NCBI GenBank assembly: GCA_000388065.2
Contig: KB932204.1
Direction: 5' to 3' (one strand)
From: Fonticula alba ATCC 38817
Lineage: Eukaryota; Protista; Nucleariida
DNA length: 42,305 nucleotides
Shown one piece after another: positions 33,839-42,305 of this stretch. Numbering within the stretch: the stretch's first letter is position 1; each line of letters starts with the position of its first letter. The translations under genes and the position numbers were made by a program. The notes under the pieces were generated by a model, which worked only from the letters and a program-made list of their open reading frames with translations, was not told the DNA's origin and made no database searches.

Positions 33839-36122
33839 GGCCGCCCCCCGGCGGGTGGGCTACCACCGGCGGTCGGCGTGCAGCGAGTGCTCCGGCCGCG
33901 GCCGGGTGTTCGACCTGCCGGGGCTGGACCGGCTGCCCTTGGCCCGGGGCCAGCGTGCGGCCGGATCGACCGGTGCCGCCGCCGCCGCCGCCGCCGCCAC
34001 CACCACCACCGATAGCGAGCTTCGCCGGCGCATGGCCCGGCAGCGGTGCGAGGAGTGCGCCGGCACCGGGACCGTCCTGGAGCAGGCCACCCTCTGCCTG
34101 GGGCCCGGGGCCGAGGAGCTGCTCCGGCCGGCTGGCCCCGGCGCCGGCGTGCGCTTCCACGGCATCGGGCACATTCGCCTGCTCGGGGCCGAGGGGCCCG
34201 GGCAGCCGGGCGGCCAGTCGCGACCCGGCCCGGACCCGGGGGCCGCCGCCGGCCGGAGCGCCGGCCGCGGCGACGTCCTGGTCCAGTGTGTGGAGGTGCC
34301 GGACCCGGTGTTCCGCCGGGTGCCCGGCCAGCCGGGCGACCTGGAGGCCGACGTCGAGTGGACCGACCCGGAGCGCTGGCTGCGCCGGGCCGAGCGCGAG
34401 GCGGCCAAGCGGGCGGCCGGCCGCCGCCGAGCCGGGAATGGCTCGCTGGCCGGGCGGTCACGCGCCGGTGGCCAGGCCGCCGCCGCCGCCGCCGCCGTGG
34501 CCGAAGCCGCCGCCGCCACCGAGACCTGCACCATCACGCGGACCTTTCGCCTGCGGCGCCCGGCCGACGGGTCGGACTTGGAAATCCCCATGTGCGTGAC
34601 GACCGACGTCCTGGCGGCGGCGCTGCGCCGGCGCGACGAGCAGCCACCCGACCCGGAGCAGGACGGCCCGGCGGCCGACCGCCGGCGCCTGATCGACGTG
34701 CTGGTCCTGCCGGGGGAGGGCCTGCCGCGGGGGGGCGCGCCCGGCGCCGGCCGGGGGGCCTTGCGCCTGCGGGTCCTGGTCCCGGCGGCGCCCGGGCCCG
34801 CGTCCGGCCCCGGCGCCGGGCGCAACAGCGTCCTGGCCGCGGCGGCCATGGCCGCGCGCAGCTGGCGGCAGTACCGCCAATCGCGCGCCGAGACCGGCCC
34901 CCGGCCGGCCGACGTGGTCGATGTCGAGGATGACGAAGACCACGAGGGGGAGGGCGGCGGGCCGCCCGGCGCCCGGGCTCGGGCCCGGGCCGGCGACCCC
35001 ACCGACCTGGCCAGCCGCCGGGTGCCGGTGGCGACGGCCATCAGCCGGGCCGGCCGCGGCCCCCCCGGGCCCGGGTCGGCCACCGCCGGCAGCCTCGGGT
35101 CCTTCGGCCAGGCGGTGCGATCGCTGCTGTCGCTGGCCGGCCTGCGCCGGGCCCTGCGGCCGCACGCGGCTGACCGGGCCCCGGGCGCGAGCCCGGCCCC
35201 GGCCCCGGCCAACCCCATGGACGCGGCCCACCGGGCCACGGCGGCCTTCACGCAAACGCGCGCGGCCGGCTCCGGCTCCGGCTCCGGCGGGTGGTCGGGC
35301 ATCTCGCGCACCCACGCCTCCATGCGGGCCTATGCCAAGGAGCAGCAGCGCCAAGAGAAGGAGCGCCGGCGCCAGGAGCAGGAGGCCCGGCGCCAGGAGC
35401 AGTATCGCCAGCGCCAGGACGCGCAGGCGCGCCACCGCGAGGAGCATCTCCGGCAGGTGCAGGACCGCGAGCAGCGCCGGGCCGGCGGGCGCTCCTGGTT
35501 CGGCCCGGGGCCCGGGGCCGCCGGCAAGCCGGCGGCCGCGCCCGGCTCGACGACGCCGCCGCCGCCGCCCCTTCACGCGGCCGACGGGCCCGGCCCGCAG
35601 CAGCCGGTGCGGGCGCACATGGCCGCGCCCGCGGTGCCGCCCCGCCCGGCCGAGCAGCCGCCGATGCCAGCCTCGCCGGGGGCCTCGCACGGCGGCCTGG
35701 CCGACATGGTGTCCGATGCGTCGACCGCGGCCCTGCCCTCGGCGAACCACAGCTCGCACGGCATCAACCGGGGCGAGGCCCATGCACGGGGCCCCGGCGA
35801 CCCGGTGCCTTCGATGGCCGCTGGAGGGGGGGGCCTGGCCGAGGCGGCCCCGGTCCCCGGCGAGGATCCCCTGCTGGAGGACGACCTGTCGGGGTTCTTC
35901 CGGACCCTGCGCACGACCGCCGCCCCGGGCCCGGCCAAGCCGCCGCCGGTGGCGGCACCCGGGGCCAAGCTCAACAACCCCTTCCAGGAGGAGTACCACC
36001 GCATCCATGGCGACGGGATGCCGGCGACGGCACCGACGCTGCCCCCGCGCCCGGGCACCGAGGCCGAGCAGGCCGGCCGGTACTTCCACGCGCGCGCGGC
36101 GGCCGCCGGCCGGCAGCCGTGA
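31289..36122 (+). CDS. Very large J-domain (DnaJ/Hsp40) protein, about 1,512 aa, 3 exons
   Basis: Exons are 31289-31340, 31503-31613 and 31747-36122 (4539 nt, in frame). The J domain reads [60 protein letters not shown] and has an intact HPD. Further motifs are CSECSGRG and CEECAGTG, plus the DnaJ_C-like GVRFHGIGH...GDVLVQCVEVPDPVFRR. The rest is low complexity, and hidden in-frame introns cannot be excluded. Confidence 0.8.
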
Positions 36123-36530
36123 GCCCAGCCGGCGGCGCGGGGGGGGGCACCCACATGCCGAGCATGTGTGTGCGCGCGCGAAAGGAAGAACGCGCGACAA
36201 AGGGTGCTGGTGCATGTTTTTTGTGTTGTTGCTTTTTTTTTCAGGGGACACCGAGAGAAGCATGTGGTGTGTCCCCCCCCCCCCTTCTGCGGGAGACAGG
36301 AACATGGAAGCATGTCGACAGGAGGAAAATACACACGCATGCCGCGATGCTGGCCAGGGTGCAGGCGGGAGGGAGAGAGAGAGAGGGAGAGAGAGGCGGA
36401 GGGGGTATTTGATGCCGGTGGGGGCAGGGCACCCGGCCAGGGGGAGAGGATCTACAGGGGGACGTCCGGCAGGAGGAGGGAGGAGGGGGGGGGGGACACA
36501 CAAGGACGGTCGGGGCGCGTCAGGCGCATC

Positions 36531-37800
36531 CTAGCCGGAGGAGGCGCGGCAGCACTCGTTCCAGTCGGGCCAGTACATGTCGCGGATGCTGCGTGGTGGT
36601 GATGGGGGGAAAGGGGGGGAGGGGGGGGGGGGGGAGCGCAATAAGCAAAAGACGGGAAGGACGGGGGCCAAGGGCAGCGGGAGGGGCCGCGGCACGCACC
36701 GGAGGAGGTAGACGTGGAGGTTCATGATGGACGGCTGGAAGAGCATGTACTCGCGGATGGGCGAGTCGAAGGGGCCGAAGAAGATGGGGGCCAGGGTGCC
36801 GAAGACCACGGCATCGGCCGAGGTGGGGCGGCTGGGGTGGAGGAAGAACTGCGGCGGCCGGGGTCGGGGACAGGTGAGCGAGCGAGCGAGCGAGCGAGCG
36901 AGCGGAGGGGGGGGGGCAAGCGAGAACACACCTTCTTGTCGCCGAGGATGCTGCTGAGCGATTGGCAGACCACGCGGCAGACCTGCTTGATCTCGTCCTC
37001 CGAAGAGGAGGCGATGCCGAGGCTGGCGAGGCGGGGGCCGAGCTGCAGGCCGGGCGGGGCCGGGACCGGGGGAGAGAGAGGGCGGGGGGCGCGCGCGCGC
37101 GCGCGAAGAGGAGGGTGAGTACGGGCGCGGGTGCGCCGGCGGCGGGGCGCACGCAGGGAGAGGGACGAACCTTGAGGTTGACGCGCATCTTGGCCAGGAT
37201 GGTCCCGAAGGGCTCGGGCCAGCCGACCAGGTGGAGCCCGGCGAGCTCGGGCCTGCGGGCGGGGATGCGAGCATGTCAGCTGAGCAGCGGCGTGGGGCGG
37301 GCCGGGGGGGCCGGGGGGGGGGGGGGGGAGGCACGCACTGGCGGACCCACTGGTAGTAGGAGAAAATGTGGATGAGCTTGCCGCGGAGGCACTGGTCGAT
37401 GAAGAAGGACGTGGACATGGCCGCGTCGTCCAGGCCGAGGTCCAGGTCCACGGCGTTGGTCACCCCGCGCAGGGCGTGCGACAGGAAGGGGGCCGACGAG
37501 GAGATGCGGATGCCATTCTGCATGACATAGGCGTCATGACCTGTGTGTGGAGGTGTGAGAGGCGGGAGCCGGGCGTGTGCGAGGCGAAGGGCCCAGAGAG
37601 GGGGGGGGGAGAGACAAAGGGGGCGGGGGGACTGCCGGCGCGCAGGACGCGCACGCACCCTTGGAGTCGATGTCCTGCACGGGCACCGTGCGGTAGGGAA
37701 CGCCCACCATACGGAGGTAGGTCTCCAGGATCATGGACCCCGGGGTGAGGGAGGGGGCAAACATGGACCGCGGCGAGCGGTACAGGATGACCAGCTCGCT
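36531..37800 (-). CDS. FAXC (failed axon connections)/metaxin-like GST-fold protein, 5' exon missing (in or beyond the gap at 37807-37968)
   Basis: Exons are 37800-37659, 37540-37339, 37252-37171, 37042-36932, 36848-36700 and 36588-36531. VILYRSPRSMFAPSLTPGSMILETYLRMVGVPY resembles the FAXC motif PSLSPFCLKxETYLRMADLPY. LSSILGDKKFFLHPSRPTSADAVVFGTLA and YLLRIRDMYWPDW match the C-terminal FAXC/metaxin motifs. Confidence 0.8.
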
Positions 37801-38691
37801 CTGTCGNNNNNNNNNNNNNNNNNNNNNNNNNNNNNNNNNNNNNNNNNNNNNNNNNNNNNNNNNNNNNNNNNNNNNNNNNNNNNNNNNNNNNNNNNNNNNN
37901 NNNNNNNNNNNNNNNNNNNNNNNNNNNNNNNNNNNNNNNNNNNNNNNNNNNNNNNNNNNNNNNNNNNNGGGGGTTGGGGCCTTCCCCCCCCCCCCCCTGG
38001 CGCCCCTCCGGCCGTCTTTCCCCGCGCGCCCTGCGGCGGGGGGAGGTGCGCGGGCTGGCGGGGCCTGCCCGCCGGGGGCGGCCTCGCCCCCGGGGGCCCC
38101 TTCAGCTGAGAGCAGGCACCGCGGGCCCTCTGCTGAGCGAGGGCCGACGACGGCCCCTCGGGGCAGGCCCGGGCCGCACGCATGCCGGACCGTGGAACCC
38201 AGGGGGCGACGGGGGGGGGGGGGGGCGCGGGGGCGGTGGAGGCGGCGCGGCGCCGGGCCCGCTGTCGGGCGCGCCAGCCCGCCACCTCCCAATCTACCTC
38301 GCCCCCCTCCCCGGGGGGACGGACGGGGAACGGGCCGGCGGGGGGCGCGCGCGTGCGCGCGCCAAGCCCGCGATCCCCAGGCCGGCGGTGAGCGGAGCGA
38401 CGCGCGCGCCAGCCAGGCGTGTCACACGCACGCCGGGCGTGAATATGCCCCTTAGTGTTTGCCGGCGCGGCGAGCACCCGGTGAGTATGTGCGCCAGGAG
38501 AGAAACCCCGGGGGCTCACGCGAGCCGGCGCCGGCCGGGGGAGGGGGGGGGCCACGGCGGCCGGGCAGGACACGACTCACCGGCGCTGGGGGGGGGGGGG
38601 CGACTCGGCGCAACCGTGCGTGGGTGTCTGTGCGCCGATGGGCCAACAGGCGGCAGGGGCTGGGGGAAGTCTCACGGGCGCCGACAGTGCG

Positions 38692-38731
<40 letters not shown>

Positions 38732-39036
38732 TGCCCCCCCCCCTTTCGGGCGGCGCCTTCCCGGTGGCCGGAGTCGTGGTTCCCCGAGCGCCGGGGGAGG
38801 GGGGAGGGGGCGCCGGCGCGCTGCGCACCCCATGGGGGGGTTGGGCGCGCGGCTTGGTCGCGTAATTACCATTGCCGGGGCCCGAATGTGGCCGGCGCGA
38901 ACAGGCGTGTTCGCCTGGCGGGCCGTTTCCCCCCTTCCCCCCCCGGTGGCGGCGGGCTCGCCTGTGCCTTTTCCCTGCCCCGGGTCTTGTGGCGGCGGCG
39001 GCGGCGGCGCGAGGTCTCTGCCTGGGAGGCGCGGCA

Positions 39037-39053
39037 TCTCTCTCTTTCCCTAC

Positions 39054-39087
<34 letters not shown>

Positions 39088-39090
39088 TTC
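39037..39090. repeat. (CT)n tract in the gene-poor region
   Basis: Directly visible, followed by a pyrimidine-rich stretch ending in GCAG at 39121-39124. Confidence 0.8.
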
Positions 39091-42000
39091 CCTCGGTCTC
39101 AGCCCCCGGCCCGTCCTCCCGCAGGGGTAATCAGCGGACCGTGCGCCTTCTTCTGGCCCTGCCTCGAACTGCCCCCCCCAACCCGCTGAGCGGCGCATGC
39201 TCCCCGGGCGGCGGTTGTTTGTCGCCCCACCGGCGCCCCTGGCCTGGGGNNNNNNNNNNGGGGGTGCTGGCCGGCATTGGCCGGGTGTCTCTGTATACGT
39301 GTGAGCCCGCTGCCCGCCGGCTGGGGGCCCCTGGCCGGCGGCCGTCTGTCAGTCCCAGTGTCCGGTCGGCGTGCTTGCGGGGGGGGGGGGGCCGGGGCGG
39401 CGCGGAGTTTCTGGGAATCCCCGTGTGTAGAGTTGAGGCGTGTGTACGTGTGTACCGGTGTGCGTGCGTGCGTGCGTGCGTGTGTGTTTGTTGTGTGCGC
39501 GCTCGGGGCATGCGGTCTCCCGCACCCGGCGGCGGGGGCGAGGTCCCCCCGGTCGGCGGCTGGGTGTGTACCTGCGGGGATGGGCGCGCGTGAGCGGGGG
39601 CGTGCGTTGGCGCCTGCCGGTTGGCCGGGCGAGATCCGCGTTTCCTCATTTTCCGCCGCGGGCTGTCTGGCGATTTCCCCCCTCGGGTGTCTTGTGTGGG
39701 CGCGTGCGCTGGTGGGGGGTGGCCGGGCGGGCGGCCGCTTGACAACTCCCCCACGAGCGGGGCTTTGCCCGGCTCGGGGCGGAAAACCGGCGCCCCGGGC
39801 GGGCGGCCGGGCGGCCGCAGCGCGGCCCAGCGCGGGGACGCTCATCTCGCGGGGGGTTGCGTGCGCCGGCGCCGGTGTGCACATGCATGCGACGCCGCGG
39901 GTGCGGGGCCCCTCGCCCTTGGGCCGGGCCCAGTGCGAGGAGGGGGCACGAGGGCCCAGAGATTAATCCCCCCCCTGTGCGCCTTCCCCGATGAGGGCGC
40001 GCTGGGCCGGGTCGTGGCTCGGAGGGCGGCGGTGCGCTCCGGGCCGCGGCCTGCCGGTCCGCCCTCCTCCGGGGGGGGGGTGAGCTGTCTGCATGACGCG
40101 GCCGGCGGCGGCCGGCGGTTGTGCGGCCGCATCATCGGGCGCGAGCCTGGCGCCGGCCGAGGCGGCGGGGATTGCTCGTGCCTCGAGGGCGCCGGCGGCT
40201 TCATTCGGGGCGGCGGGGGGGGCCTCCGCCGGGTGTTCCCGCCGCCCCCGGGGCTGTGCGGGAAGGCCGGCGTGCTCGGCGGCACCGGGCTTGGTGCATT
40301 GCGGCGGTCATTGCCATGCCCCCTGCGTGTGTGCGCCGGGCGCGCCCAGGCTCCCCGGCCGGCGGTGAGACAGCCCGGCCGGGGGGACGGCAGGGCGCCC
40401 CTGATTAAGGACCTGCTGCGCGGGCGGCCCCGGGACGCGGTGCCGCCGGGGCACGGCCGGCGCCCGGAGGGGCGTATTAATCAGCGGGGACCGGCGCGCC
40501 CGGTGGTGGCCCCCCCCCCCACCCCCCAGGACGAGCATGGACGCCGAGATGTGTGCGTCTGCCTTTTGAGGTGTTTGCCGGCAAGGGAAGGCCGGGCGGG
40601 GGGGGGGGAGGAGGGGGGCGAGCGCATTCCCCACCGTGGGGGAACGACCCGGACCGGGGGAAGGCCGGGGGGCCCGAGAGAGAGAGAGACGGGTAGACCA
40701 GCTGCCCGGGAAATCCCGCCGGTCTCTGCGGCGGGCGCCCCCGCACCCGGGCGCGTCACACACAATAACAACAACAGTTGGGCGGCGCCCGGGCCGGAGC
40801 GCGCCCGGGGTGGGGGGAGGGGCAGGGTGTATGTTTTTTCTTACCTGCCGGGCCGCGGGCGACGCCGGCCAGAGCACGCGAGTTCTTTTTAGGGGGGGGG
40901 GGGGCGATGTGCCCTGCTTCGGTGCCCGGCCTCCGGCGGCGGCGGTGGGCGTGTGCGGGCGCGCGCGCCCGGGGGCCGAGCCCTTTCGGTTTGTGCGTGT
41001 GTGATGTTATCGCCGCGGAGGGGGGGGGGGGGGGCGACGGCGCAAACACCGGCCGGCGGGATATTGCCCCGGGGTCTGTTTATTTGTGTCGACCGTTTGG
41101 GGCCTCGGGCAGGAGGGCGAGATGGGCGGGGGGGCGCACATGAAACTGGCAGTCGCCGGTCCGGGGTGGGCTGCGCGTGCGCGCGCGCGCGCGGGGGAAG
41201 CCATGCCAGCGGCCTGGTGAGGAGAGGGNNNNNNNNNNCCCCCCCCCCCCTCCTGCGGTTCTCAATGTGCGCGCCCGTGTGAGGGGGACGCGCGTGTTTG
41301 TACCGGGAGCCTCTCGTTCCCGGCAAACTGAGGGCAGATGCTGGGAAAAGCGTCGCGCGCCGTCCCTCTTACTTCTGCCCCGCCCTCTATCCTCTGCCGT
41401 GCGCGCGCGGGGGGGGGGGAGGAAGACGCGCGCGCGCGCCGCCGGCCACGCCCCGCCAGCCGTAAATATATGCCGCCGCCGCCGCCGCACACATGGCAGG
41501 GGGGCACGAGAGAGAGAGCGCAGGAAGACACCCGCACCCTCTCGGGGGGGATATGAGAATGAAAGTGGATTCGATTATTTGGAGGAAAGAGGAGAGAGAG
41601 ATGACTGGTCAGATGGCTACTAGGCCGTAATTATCGCGTAACAAGAAGGTTGGGGGAACGACCTTCAGCATTGCATTGCTGCCTGGGCACGACCACTCTT
41701 CATTCCAGCTTTATACCAGGAAGGTATCATCTGTCGGGACTCCGGCGGCCAGCGGAGCGCCGGCAGCCGGGGGCCCTCTTGAACGGGGGCCCGGCCCCGC
41801 CCGCGGCCGTGTCCCGAGCTGGGTCCTCTGACAAATGTCATTCCGCGAGGGAGGGATCATGCCCTCGGGCCCGCCGGGCGTGATCTCGGGTTCATGGGGC
41901 TGGCAGCCGGCCGCCGAGCGAGCCGGCAGGGGGGGGGGGGGGGGGCGACGGCGGAGGCCCGGGGGGAGCGACCCCAAGGCCGGGCGGGTATTGTCCGGGC

Positions 42001-42305
42001 ATGCGCGGCGGCAACGGGGGCCCCCGGAAAGTGGGGCGATATATGCCAAGTATAAAAAATAGTCCTGCCTTCCACCATTGGCCTGGCAAAATGGAGCTGC
42101 CTCTGTGAGCACATCGGCGCCCCGGGCCGCGGCGGCCGCGGCGAGCAGTTAATGAGGACCTCTCCGATTGGGTGTTGCCCCACCAGGGAGGGCCGAGGGG
42201 GAGGAGGGCCGGGGGGGGGGGGGCGGGGGAGGGGCGTACAATGTGCCGGCAATGTTGCGTACGCATGAGCGGTGCATGAGTGAGTATTCTCGCCGGCCCC
42301 GTGAG

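Noticed and set aside
1384-36122. Functional cluster of proteostasis genes (APC1, ELOC, COMMD3, Derlin, DnaJ) or of mitochondrial translation genes (MTFMT, GFM2)
   Set aside because: Orientations are mixed, the genes are interspersed with unrelated ones, and these are large functional classes. Nothing indicates co-regulation beyond chance.
1-42305. Prokaryotic-type systems, transposons, tRNA or rRNA genes
   Set aside because: No transposase/RT/integrase motifs, terminal repeats, cloverleafs or rRNA signatures were recognised, and all identifiable genes are spliced eukaryotic genes. The N gaps (e.g. 20966-21631, 30535-30935) cannot be assessed.

Overview
This is a very GC-rich, intron-containing eukaryotic scaffold with N gaps, not a prokaryotic window. 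Most long ORFs in the supplied track are shadow ORFs or run through introns. By hand I reconstruct ten spliced genes. On the + strand: the 3' end of an IgA-peptidase M64 gene, Elongin C, mitochondrial Met-tRNA formyltransferase, an MFSD1-like transporter, a ~590-aa coiled-coil protein and a ~1,500-aa J-domain protein. On the - strand: APC1, COMMD3, Derlin and mitochondrial EF-G2/RRF2. An eleventh, FAXC/metaxin-like gene (- strand) has its 5' end in or beyond a gap. The most interesting result is the coiled-coil gene at 18382-20472, which carries a CC1-box-like motif and a recognisable Spindly box at Spindly-like spacing. It is therefore a candidate kinetochore dynein adaptor in what looks like a non-animal opisthokont. 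The gene mix and sequence style suggest an early-branching holomycotan such as Fonticula, but that is inference. Second, the 34 introns I reconstructed have C (32) or T (2), never A, at donor position +4. Two Illumina adapter fragments and several read-length duplications are built into the assembly, and one creates a false frameshift in EF-G2. I found no CRISPR array, rRNA, tRNA or transposon. All exon coordinates are manual.
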